A stretch of 64,000 nucleotides of DNA from Nitrospirota bacterium. GTDB taxonomy: Bacteria > Nitrospirota > Nitrospiria > Nitrospirales > Nitrospiraceae. This document shows, piece after piece, positions 1 through 8,845 of the stretch. Each line of letters opens with the position of its first letter. Positions within the stretch are counted from its first letter, which is position 1. A program made the translations under genes and the position numbers. The notes beneath the pieces are model-generated. The model was not told where the DNA came from. It made no database searches and was given only the letters and a program-made list of their open reading frames with translations. The stretch covers positions 32,001 to 96,000 of the forward strand of contig CAVPGK010000006.1 of NCBI GenBank assembly GCA_963703955.1. The letters run 5' to 3'.

Positions 1-1
1 T

Positions 2-721
2 CCAGCCGCCGCCATCCTGACGGCGTCCTATTGGAACCGTTGTCTCACAAACGTCGACGCGCCGAGCATTCGCGCCGCAGTCTTTACGCTAATGGGCATT
101 GGGTACGGGCTGGGGTTGACTCTGACCGCCTCATCCTCGCTGTACTCAATGTTCAGTGAGAAGATCGCTAAGGAATTTCCAATGGCGACACAAGTTGATC
201 CCGGCCCTGGGCTCACGGTAGCCGGTTTCGTCTTGCTCGTCGGCATGGCGTTTGTAGGATATTTTGGATTATCAGAGGATCGTCGAGCGGGAACCTTCTG
301 GGCAGCTGGAGCGACGATCGTTCTGGTCCTTCTGGTTGTAATCCAAGTCACACTGCCACGCTTCAGCAAATATTTCATTGCACCACCCCAAGAACTTGCC
401 TATACCGCCGGGGTGAATTTGCAACCGCAAGAGCGCTTGATTCTATACGGCCCTCCGAAGCCATCACTCATCTTTTATGCCAAACACCACGTGATCGTGA
501 TCCGACCAGGTGAGGAAGACGAAATGAGACCCCACCTGACGCAGCCGGGTCGAACCATGATCCTGCTGCCAGCCCTCCTCAAATCCCAACTTCCATCCGA
601 AGCAGCAAGTTTTTCGGTCATTCTCGACCGTTACGGATATAGTCTGCTAGCGAATGAGCCGATGGTTAGTATTCCTCAGTCACCACCACCCTCGGCTGTG
701 GGTCCGCATGGGCTCCGATAG
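2..721 (+). CDS. Glycosyltransferase family 39 / ArnT-like membrane protein, C-terminal part (5' end outside window)
   Basis: Frame is open from position 2 (PAAAILTASYW...). Several hydrophobic helices are followed by a soluble tail (PSLIFYA), as in ArnT-like C-termini. The N-terminus is missing, so the call is tentative. Confidence 0.55.
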   Translation, partial: PAAAILTASYWNRCLTNVDAPSIRAAVFTLMGIGYGLGLTLTASSSLYSMFSEKIAKEFPMATQVDPGPGLTVAGFVLLVGMAFVGYFGLSEDRRAGTFWAAGATIVLVLLVVIQVTLPRFSKYFIAPPQELAYTAGVNLQPQERLILYGPPKPSLIFYAKHHVIVIRPGEEDEMRPHLTQPGRTMILLPALLKSQLPSEAASFSVILDRYGYSLLANEPMVSIPQSPPPSAVGPHGLR

Positions 722-734
722 TCATTCCAGTCCC

Positions 735-1877
735 CTAGGACAGGAGAGGCAATAGCCCTTTTATCTGTTGAATAAACAGAACACCGAAAGGCAGCATGAT
801 CGCGAAAGGGACTTCGGTCAACGCGGCCTGATAATTAACTGCCCACCGGGATGCGGGGAGAGATATGACTGACTGGGGCTGATCTTCCACGTCAACATGA
901 CGGTACATCAACCAATACCCCACGCCTACGAATACGGCCATGATCGTCACCAGTCTTGATCCGGTCGTCAGAGCCAGACCGCTCCCAATCAAGACATTCG
1001 CTCCCGGGAGACCAAGGAACAGCTTCGGGGGATTTCGTCGCCTCGCGTCGAGCCTGTGATACAGCCGAACGGTTATGCCGAGGCCGAGCGTGATCATCCC
1101 CATGATTAGCATGACGAAAGTCATCGGTTCATCAAAAGACGGGTACACCGCGATCCAAATGAAGGTAAAAGCCGTGACAAGAAACGGTGTGCCCATGGTC
1201 AACGCTAGGAGGAGTGAGTGCCTCCAGGCTCGAAGCGGACGGGTGATGACACATCCGGCAAGAAGACCGAGGCTAACCCCGGCCATGACATCCGTAGGGA
1301 AGTGCGATCCCCGAACGATACGACTGAGTGCCACCAAGGCGGCCATGCTATACAACATCCATCCCATCCTTGGAAAATGTCGCGCGAAAACCGTCGCAAC
1401 GGCGAACGAGGCGGAGGCATGGCCTGAAGGAAATGAATCCAATCCCGGATCAAAGGATGGTCCAAAGAGAAACCCGCTGTCTCCATGAACCAGTCGAGGC
1501 CGCGGCCGACCGATCACGTGTTTCAAGGCCTGCGCAGCCAAGCCGGCGAAGGCATGAGCCAGAAGACTTTCGAGGCCAACCCTGCGAAGGGCGGGGTGCT
1601 TGAGCATCAGTCCGGTTACTAGGAGGACACTGCTGATCCCCACCAAGACCACCCCACTCCCAAGGCGATTTCCAACATTCCCCGCCCGTTCAAGCCAAGG
1701 GACATGAAGAGATCTCATGTAACGGGCCAACGGGAGATCCAGTTGTAAGAATCCCCAGAATACGGCTATCAAGGTGGTACACAGCAACAATGCAGCAAGT
1801 AGCGAGTCTCGAGTTCCCGTGAGTTCGACAGGATTTGTCGCCGGCTGCTCGCAGCTCTCAACGTGCGATCCGATCAT
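735..1877 (-). CDS. PAP2 family membrane phosphatase
   Basis: All three PAP2 motifs are present: KHVIGRPRP, SFPSGH, SRIVRGSHFPTD. The ATG at 1877 overlaps the upstream TGA (ATGA). Confidence 0.9.
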   Translation of the reverse strand: MIGSHVESCEQPATNPVELTGTRDSLLAALLLCTTLIAVFWGFLQLDLPLARYMRSLHVPWLERAGNVGNRLGSGVVLVGISSVLLVTGLMLKHPALRRVGLESLLAHAFAGLAAQALKHVIGRPRPRLVHGDSGFLFGPSFDPGLDSFPSGHASASFAVATVFARHFPRMGWMLYSMAALVALSRIVRGSHFPTDVMAGVSLGLLAGCVITRPLRAWRHSLLLALTMGTPFLVTAFTFIWIAVYPSFDEPMTFVMLIMGMITLGLGITVRLYHRLDARRRNPPKLFLGLPGANVLIGSGLALTTGSRLVTIMAVFVGVGYWLMYRHVDVEDQPQSVISLPASRWAVNYQAALTEVPFAIMLPFGVLFIQQIKGLLPLLS

Positions 1878-2986
1878 GGCACCCAATCGGCTAGAAAGAT
1901 GTTGAACTCACCTCGCGTCGCTGCATGACGGTCAGAGACCCAGACGAGCTTGTTCCCGTCCGTGGAAAACATGGGAAAGCTGTTGAATCCGCCCGTGAGC
2001 GTGATGCGTTCAAGGCCGGTTCCGTCATCACGAATCAGGTAGAGGTGAAATTCTGCCCCACCGCCCTGTTGGTTGGAGGAGAAAATGATTCGTCGGCTGT
2101 CCGGATGAAAGAACGGCGCGAAATTCGAGAACCCGTTGGCAGTGACCTGCCGCTTTCCGGTGCCATCGGCATTCATAACGAAAATCTCCAATTGGCTCGG
2201 CTCGACGAGGCCTTGCTTCAAGAGAGTCTGATATCGTTCCACGTCCACCGGCTCCTTGGGATGAGAGGCCCGATACACAATCCGCTGGCTGTCAGGCGAA
2301 AAGAATGCGCCCCCGTCGTAGCCGATTTGGTCCGTCAACCGACGGACATGAGTTCCATCCAGGTGCATGGCGTATAGATCGAGGTCGCCGTCACGGATTG
2401 ACGTGAAAACGATAGTTTTTCCATCTGGTGAAATGGTCGCCTCGGCATCATAGCCGGGAGTCGTCGTCAATCGCTGGACTTGTTGGCCGTCCAGCTTCAC
2501 GGAAAAGATATCATAGTCATCCAATGCCCAACGATAGTGTCCCTCTCGCTTCGGCTTCGGCGGACAATTCGAACCGATGAGATGGGTCGAAGAGTACAGT
2601 ACCCGCCGATCACCTGGGAAAAAGTATCCGCAGGTCGTAGCGCCCGCCCCGGTGCTCACCAAACGAATGGTTTTCCCCTCCAAATCCATGACGTACATTT
2701 GATAACAGCCCAGGCCTTCATCATTGGGGACCTGATTGCTTGCGAAGCTGCCACTCATCCAATTGTTGGTCGATTGAAAAATGAGTTTCGATCCGTCAAA
2801 GGAGAAATACGCCTCGGCATTCTGACGACCAAAGGTCAGTTGCCGAATATTCTGAAGATGGCTCTCGATCGATGCGGATGGATGAGAAGCACCACTTTGC
2901 GCAGGCTGCGATTGAATGGTCAGGAGGGTTCCGTCAACCGCAAGAAGCATGGGAAGTACCAAGAAGATTGGGAACTTACGATGCAT
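1874..2986 (-). CDS. Exported TolB-like / PD40 beta-propeller protein
   Basis: Repeated PD40 motifs (FSFDGSKLIF, ISPDGKTIVF, FSPDSQRIVY, FHPDSRRIIF, FSTDGNKLVW), a signal-like N-terminus, and GGAGG upstream of ATG 2986. Confidence 0.88.
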   Translation of the reverse strand: MHRKFPIFLVLPMLLAVDGTLLTIQSQPAQSGASHPSASIESHLQNIRQLTFGRQNAEAYFSFDGSKLIFQSTNNWMSGSFASNQVPNDEGLGCYQMYVMDLEGKTIRLVSTGAGATTCGYFFPGDRRVLYSSTHLIGSNCPPKPKREGHYRWALDDYDIFSVKLDGQQVQRLTTTPGYDAEATISPDGKTIVFTSIRDGDLDLYAMHLDGTHVRRLTDQIGYDGGAFFSPDSQRIVYRASHPKEPVDVERYQTLLKQGLVEPSQLEIFVMNADGTGKRQVTANGFSNFAPFFHPDSRRIIFSSNQQGGGAEFHLYLIRDDGTGLERITLTGGFNSFPMFSTDGNKLVWVSDRHAATRGEFNIFLADWVP

Positions 2987-5201
2987 GGAATCGAACCTCC
3001 AATTCATTCACTTCTGGAAGAAAATCTCCCCGATCCACGACGGATCCTTCACGAAAGACCACATAGCTCTGCCATCCATAAAAGAAAAGAAGGCGAGCGA
3101 TCTTTGTGGCTGTTGCAGGTGTCTGCCCGAAGAAAACGGTCACGACGTGGTTCGGATGCTTCGGGTGTCGGCAGGACACAAGTACCGCTAACTCCGGTCC
3201 TTCGTAGACTCGACCATCCACCATCACGTTGTTGCCGTTGAGACGAATTCGGTCTCCACATCCGCGAATCGCCCACTCCGTCAGTCGATTGAGGATGGGA
3301 CCGCCCAAGACCAGCACTGATCCATTCAGCGATTCCGGTTCCTTGACAGCGGACATGTCGTGGTCCGTAATCACGATCACCGAACTGTCCGTACGGTCTT
3401 GGCTTTTCATTCGAGCCACCAGGTCCTCGTAGGGCTGACGTGCCGGAGAATCGTCACGTGCCGGCAGAATCACGAATCGGTCGTGGTCAGTCACAAAGAG
3501 GTTCAGCATGGGTGGAAGATTATTTCGGCCGAGCCGGCGGAAGGCATCAAAGTCCGGATCTACTTCGAAACTTGCAGGCTCACCGGGAACAAGCACAGTG
3601 AAGGCATACTCCGTCGAACGCATATCCAGTTCCACCTTCGAAACTCGCCCATCTCGCAGTTTGATGCGCACGGGAAGCCGAAGGCGGTACGGGGGATCGC
3701 TTTGAGTCAGCCGACCTTTGACGTGAACCCCGTTCTCACTCCCGGTTACACGCTGAGACGTTTGGACACCTGACACACTGAGGATTGGGGCACCTTTCCG
3801 TTCCACCCACTGTGAGAAGAACCACCGAAGATCTCGTTGACCGGTGCGGGCAAGGATCCGCTCGACGTCTTCCCATGTCGCACGCGATCCGCCAAAGTCG
3901 GAGACCAACTTTCGGATACCTTGCCAGAACGCCTCATCCCCAATCTCACGTCGAAGCATGTGAAAGATCATCGCAGCTTTCTGATACCCGATTGCGTTAT
4001 CCTTTTGATCGGTCTTGTGCCGAAACTCTCCGACCGGATAATCCTCGTCTGAACGAACATACACGGCATACCCCAACACCATCATGCGACGCTGCGTGCT
4101 TGCTTGCTCAGCGGTCCCGGTGAGTTCATCATAATAGTAGTTGGCAAGGTAGGTGGTGAGCCCCTCAACCCAATTTCCGGTTTTGGTATCATTGAATACC
4201 CAGTTGCCGATCCAGGAATGCACGATCTCGTGGCCGAGCGCGTAAGGTTGGACGTAATGCCGCTTCACGACTCCGCTCCCTAACAGGGTGAAGGAGGGCA
4301 TGCCGAGACCGCTCGCAAAGAAATTTTCCACAACAGCAAACTTTGGAAAAGGATAGGGACCCAACAATTTTGTGTATATCTCCAAATACTTTGAAGCCGC
4401 GTCAAGATATTCTTCGGCGAGCGACACATCCTCGGGGAACAGATATGTGGCAATTTCCACCTCGTGCCATTGTCGATGGTGTTTCACAAAGCGATTGGCC
4501 ACTAGCGTCAAGGTTTCTGTCCTTACCTCGACGTCCCATTGAGCGGTCATGTTTTGGTCATGCACGGTTTCCGCGACGAGCCGGCCGTGACTCACGGTGT
4601 GCCAGCCCTGAGGAGTGGTGACTGTGAGGTGATAGGTCGAGACTGAGCCCGCAAGATCCGGGTACCAGTGAGTTTCCCCGCTGAGATACACTCCCTCTGG
4701 ACCGATATGGCCAGCCGTTTCGCTTGGCGTGACGAATCGAATATGGCGAGGCTCGCGTGGTGGATCGTTGATGAATCCTCCGTAATGCCATTCCAGCGTG
4801 ACAGTGTGCTCAGGTGAACCCGACGGGTCCAAGATCACAATGAGGCGTTGCATTGCATCAGGAGAGTCCTTATCTATCCTGGATTCCGCCGTGAATGAAA
4901 GACGCTTTGCCTGCTCCCCACTACTCTCCACAATCTGAGTAACTTGCAGCGCGGCACTGAGCAAGAAGGAAACTTCACGGGGTTCATCCGCGAGGATTTT
5001 GAGCGCCATGCGATCTGTGGCGATCAGCCGATGGCGATCAGGATCCACCTCCACGACTAGTTGATGGGTTAATAGGCGGACATCGTGCGATTCAGAGATA
5101 TCGGTCACTGTTCCGTCAGCAGCCCAACCCTTTTCCATGGCAGGGACATGAAGAGTGATCAACAAGATGATGGTCAACCGGATCACGACAGTTGATCTCA
5201 T
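2976..5201 (-). CDS. Exported M1 family (gluzincin) aminopeptidase
   Basis: HEIVH zinc motif with downstream E (WVEGLTTY), GLGMPS exopeptidase-like motif, YQKAAMIFHMLR, and a hydrophobic N-terminus. Start uncertain. Confidence 0.88.
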   Translation of the reverse strand: MRSTVVIRLTIILLITLHVPAMEKGWAADGTVTDISESHDVRLLTHQLVVEVDPDRHRLIATDRMALKILADEPREVSFLLSAALQVTQIVESSGEQAKRLSFTAESRIDKDSPDAMQRLIVILDPSGSPEHTVTLEWHYGGFINDPPREPRHIRFVTPSETAGHIGPEGVYLSGETHWYPDLAGSVSTYHLTVTTPQGWHTVSHGRLVAETVHDQNMTAQWDVEVRTETLTLVANRFVKHHRQWHEVEIATYLFPEDVSLAEEYLDAASKYLEIYTKLLGPYPFPKFAVVENFFASGLGMPSFTLLGSGVVKRHYVQPYALGHEIVHSWIGNWVFNDTKTGNWVEGLTTYLANYYYDELTGTAEQASTQRRMMVLGYAVYVRSDEDYPVGEFRHKTDQKDNAIGYQKAAMIFHMLRREIGDEAFWQGIRKLVSDFGGSRATWEDVERILARTGQRDLRWFFSQWVERKGAPILSVSGVQTSQRVTGSENGVHVKGRLTQSDPPYRLRLPVRIKLRDGRVSKVELDMRSTEYAFTVLVPGEPASFEVDPDFDAFRRLGRNNLPPMLNLFVTDHDRFVILPARDDSPARQPYEDLVARMKSQDRTDSSVIVITDHDMSAVKEPESLNGSVLVLGGPILNRLTEWAIRGCGDRIRLNGNNVMVDGRVYEGPELAVLVSCRHPKHPNHVVTVFFGQTPATATKIARLLFFYGWQSYVVFREGSVVDRGDFLPEVNELEVRFHAS

Positions 5202-5232
5202 GGCATGCGCATTTAAGGAACTGATCAGGCAA

Positions 5233-6159
5233 TCATGCCGGCTCGAAGAGCGCATCGACAAATTCGCGGGCGTGGAAATCCTGTAAATCATCGGCCGCTT
5301 CCCCCACCCCGATTAAACGAACGGGGATCTTCAATTCCTCCGCAATCGCGACGACAATGCCGCCGCGCGCTGTACCATCGAGCTTTGTGAGCGCAAGACC
5401 CGTCACGCCGATCCCCTGATGAAACTGCCTGGCTTGTGAAAGCGCGTTTTGACCGACCGTCGCATCCAAGGTGAGCAGCACCTCGTGGGGAGCTCCGGGC
5501 AATTCACGAGCCAAGACTCGTTTGATCTTTCGTAGCTCGTCCATAAGGTTGACCTTTGTATGTAGGCGACCTGCCGTATCGATCAGGACCACATCGACGC
5601 TACGCGCCTTGGCAGCTGCCAGACCGTCAAAGACCACCGCCGCCGGATCTGCTCCATGACGATGCCTGATGACGTCGACACCGATCATATTCCCCCACGT
5701 TCCGAGTTGCTCGATGGCCGCGGCGCGAAATGTATCCGCGGCCACAAGGAGCGGAGTTCGCCCGTCTTGCTGAAGTCGCCGAGCCAATTTGGCCAGAGTG
5801 GTCGTCTTGCCGACACCGTTCACCCCCACGGTCAGGATCACAAAGGGGCGTGGTCCGTGTTCAATAAGATGTGCGATCGTGTCGGCTTCACAGGCACGAA
5901 GGGCTTCCAGAATCGTTTCTTTCAGAACGTCGACCATCCCGCCAGGAGTCCGATGATCCGATCCTCGGGGAAATGCTTTGAGTCGATCCATAAGTCGTTC
6001 GACGGTAAGAATCCCAAGATCGGCGGCGATCAGCGAGATCTCAAGTTCCTCTAGCACCGCAGGGTCCGGACCTTTTCCCATAAGTCGATCCACCGACTCA
6101 CGGACCTTGCTGCGAGTCTTCCCCAACCCTTCGCTGAGCCGTTGTAGCCAACCACCCAT
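5233..6159 (-). CDS. ftsY: Signal recognition particle receptor FtsY
   Basis: SRP GTPase motifs GVNGVGKTTT, DTFRAAA, DTAGR and TKLDGTARGG. Confidence 0.97.
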   Translation of the reverse strand: MGGWLQRLSEGLGKTRSKVRESVDRLMGKGPDPAVLEELEISLIAADLGILTVERLMDRLKAFPRGSDHRTPGGMVDVLKETILEALRACEADTIAHLIEHGPRPFVILTVGVNGVGKTTTLAKLARRLQQDGRTPLLVAADTFRAAAIEQLGTWGNMIGVDVIRHRHGADPAAVVFDGLAAAKARSVDVVLIDTAGRLHTKVNLMDELRKIKRVLARELPGAPHEVLLTLDATVGQNALSQARQFHQGIGVTGLALTKLDGTARGGIVVAIAEELKIPVRLIGVGEAADDLQDFHAREFVDALFEPA

Positions 6160-6200
6160 CTCTTTGCTCCAGGGAAAACCGGATTTGCACCATCTGCGTT

Positions 6201-6659
6201 CTACTTTCTTCTCAATACAAGCCTCGGAAGCGGTGTGAGAGAGCGAAAGATCGCCTGTTCCCTCCGGCGCATACGACGGGCATCTCGCTCGCTGCGTTCA
6301 TGGTCGTAACCCATAAGGTGCAACGCGCCATGAACGATGAGCTTCACAATCTCTTGATCGAGAGATACTCCATATTCAAGAGCTTGACGTGCAGCCGCAT
6401 GAAGCGAGATCACCACATCACCTAGAAAAAAGGATGGAGGCCCCTTGGCCTCTTGCGTGGCAAAGGCAAGGACGTCGGTTGTAGCATCCTTTCCGCGATA
6501 CTTCCGGTTCAGCCTCCGCATCCGAAGGTCGCCGATGAGATCAAGGCTGATTTCAGCCTCAGGCTGACCGGTCGCAGTCAAAATCTGTTGTGTCACTGTC
6601 TTGATTTCAGGCAGGAGAACGATGGGATGTCGAAGCCGGCATTTAAGCCACACTGACAT
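6201..6659 (-). CDS. ybeY: rRNA maturation endoribonuclease YbeY
   Basis: YRGKDATTDVLAF and HGALHLMGYDH motifs; directly downstream of phoH. Confidence 0.96.
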   Translation of the reverse strand: MSVWLKCRLRHPIVLLPEIKTVTQQILTATGQPEAEISLDLIGDLRMRRLNRKYRGKDATTDVLAFATQEAKGPPSFFLGDVVISLHAAARQALEYGVSLDQEIVKLIVHGALHLMGYDHERSERDARRMRRREQAIFRSLTPLPRLVLRRK

Positions 6660-7702
6660 CAGTGGGGCTGGCTCCCATGGCCCTCTCCTCGGCGTGGGGA
6701 GCGTCGGTGTCTCGCCAGCAGCGAAGTCCCCTTTCGAGGCTGGGCACTGACGGCGGGAGCAGGGCCATATCGGTCATAAGCCTTGATGATTTCTTGGACC
6801 AACCGATGTCGCACCACGTCCCGCTCACTAAAGTACACAAATTGAATGCCGGGGATGTCTCGCAAGATTTCCTTTACCTCGATCAACCCGGACACGCGAT
6901 CTGATGGCAAATCTACTTGTGTAATATCGCCTGTGATCACGGCCTTGGAATTGAACCCTAGGCGTGTCAGAAACATTTTCATCTGCTCAGCAGTGGCGTT
7001 CTGTGCTTCGTCCAGAATGACAAAGGAATCATTGAGCGTTCGTCCCCGCATGAAAGCTAGAGGCGCTATCTCAATCTCACCGCGCTCGACAAGACGGTTT
7101 GCTCTCTCCATATCCATGATGTCATAGAGCGCATCATACAGTGGCCGGAGATACGGATTCACCTTTGCATACATATCACCGGGGAGGAACCCCAACTTCT
7201 CTCCGGCTTCAACCGCCGGCCGAGCCAGTATGATCCGGCTCACCTCCCTACGGATCAAGGCACCGACGGCCATGGCCATAGCGAGATACGTTTTGCCCGT
7301 TCCGGCCGGACCAATGCCGAGAACAATATCGAACTTTTCAATAGCCTCGACATAGGCCTTTTGGGTTGGAGACTTGGGAGCGACGAATCGTTTCTTAGTA
7401 GCTATCGGAAACGTGTTCAGAAGAAGATCTTTCAGCGGAGCGTCATACCCCCCACGGCACGTCTTGAGCGCAAGTGTCACATCCTCCGGGCGCAGTTCGT
7501 ACCCTTCAAACGTGAGATCGGCCAGTTCTTGAAGCACCCGCTCCGCGCTTCGAACGGCCTCGCTCGGCCCCTCAAGCCCGACTTCCTCGCCCCGAGCGGA
7601 TATTCGCACCCCTAACTCTTCTTCGATCAGCTTGAGATGCCGGTCATGTCGGCCAAATAGGCTGGCAGTATTCGTTCCTTCTCGGAGTTTGATCTTACGC
7701 AC
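6659..7702 (-). CDS. phoH: PhoH family ATPase (YbeZ-like)
   Basis: GPAGTGKT, RPAVEAGEKLGFLPG, FMRGRTL and DEAQN motifs. Confidence 0.95.
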   Translation of the reverse strand: MRKIKLREGTNTASLFGRHDRHLKLIEEELGVRISARGEEVGLEGPSEAVRSAERVLQELADLTFEGYELRPEDVTLALKTCRGGYDAPLKDLLLNTFPIATKKRFVAPKSPTQKAYVEAIEKFDIVLGIGPAGTGKTYLAMAMAVGALIRREVSRIILARPAVEAGEKLGFLPGDMYAKVNPYLRPLYDALYDIMDMERANRLVERGEIEIAPLAFMRGRTLNDSFVILDEAQNATAEQMKMFLTRLGFNSKAVITGDITQVDLPSDRVSGLIEVKEILRDIPGIQFVYFSERDVVRHRLVQEIIKAYDRYGPAPAVSAQPRKGTSLLARHRRSPRRGEGHGSQPH

Positions 7703-7743
7703 GCCCGGCCTGTACTTGCCTCCTTCAATAGGAGGGAAGTATT

Positions 7744-8844
7744 TTAGCAGAGCCTAAGAGTGGCTGACAAGACGAAGATCTCGCTGAAATGATTTGGAAT
7801 GAGAACGGCTCGGGGACACCGTTTTTGGGGGGGGAAGATTAGATCGAATTCCTGAAACGCAAACCCGTCGTGAGAATCCAGAACTTTCATTCTAACCCGA
7901 TGAGCACCCTTAGTACCCGCAGAAACTGACCATTCGAGTCGACCGGTAGTTTTGTCTAGCTTCATTCCTAGTGGGCCTGTTTCAAGCGAATAAATCAACG
8001 GATCTCCATCGGGATCAATTGCTGTCACAGGATACTCAAAGCGTCCTCTAGAAATAGCCGATGGAGGTACCGATGTGATTCTCGGGGGGCTATTGGCGAT
8101 CATCACCGGCTCGGCAAACATAGCCTTTCCTTTGCCGCCCACCCTATCATGCGGAATCACTTGCACCGTGATGATATCACCTCTTGCGAAGTCGGTCGTA
8201 TCCAGCGTGCTCTCTTCGCCTTCTGAAATTTCTTTGTTGTTCCGATACCATCGGAATCTATACTCGATAGGATCCTCGTCGGCATCTGATCCCTCTGCTT
8301 TGGCTTGTATTCGGTCCGCTATCAGAGCGTCGCGAGGTTCAAGAACAACGCTCGTTAGTTCTGGAAGAGCGTTTCCTATGACAACTTCTTTGGTACGATA
8401 CGGAACACCTTGAATTTTCCCATCATGGGGAATCACCTCGACGGCCAGCTTGTCACTACGCTTGAGCATCTCAAGTGTGAGAGTGCCGCCCTCTCTTCCA
8501 ACGATGGGACTCCCGTTCGCCAGCCACTTGTAGTGAAATGAAAGAGGATCTCCATCAAAATCTTGTGCGTCGATCTGCACAGTGACGGGCTTATTGAGGG
8601 TGGGCACATTGGGCGAAATGCTCGCAGATCGAATGACCGGAGGACGATTAGGTTGTCGCTGAGTCGCTTCATCTGCTGGAGCAGATGCTAGTGTACACCC
8701 AACGAGAATCGTTGATGCAAGGAACGCCAAGCAAGAGATACACCTAGGCGTCTCGATGGTTACTGGTTCAGTACTTATATTGGGGAAATGAGGGGCGTAA
8801 GTGAGCCGATTTCGATTTTTACGCCCCCCACAAACCGTCAGCAT
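7744..8844 (-). CDS. Putative Ig-like repeat (lipo)protein
   Basis: Three beta-rich repeats with D-x-D-G-D-P-L/I motifs and N-x-x-P linkers, plus a lipobox-like LVGC. The ATG at 8844 lies 1 nt after the pilY1 stop; start uncertain. Confidence 0.75.
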   Translation of the reverse strand: MLTVCGGRKNRNRLTYAPHFPNISTEPVTIETPRCISCLAFLASTILVGCTLASAPADEATQRQPNRPPVIRSASISPNVPTLNKPVTVQIDAQDFDGDPLSFHYKWLANGSPIVGREGGTLTLEMLKRSDKLAVEVIPHDGKIQGVPYRTKEVVIGNALPELTSVVLEPRDALIADRIQAKAEGSDADEDPIEYRFRWYRNNKEISEGEESTLDTTDFARGDIITVQVIPHDRVGGKGKAMFAEPVMIANSPPRITSVPPSAISRGRFEYPVTAIDPDGDPLIYSLETGPLGMKLDKTTGRLEWSVSAGTKGAHRVRMKVLDSHDGFAFQEFDLIFPPQKRCPRAVLIPNHFSEIFVLSATLRLC

Positions 8845-8845
8845 C

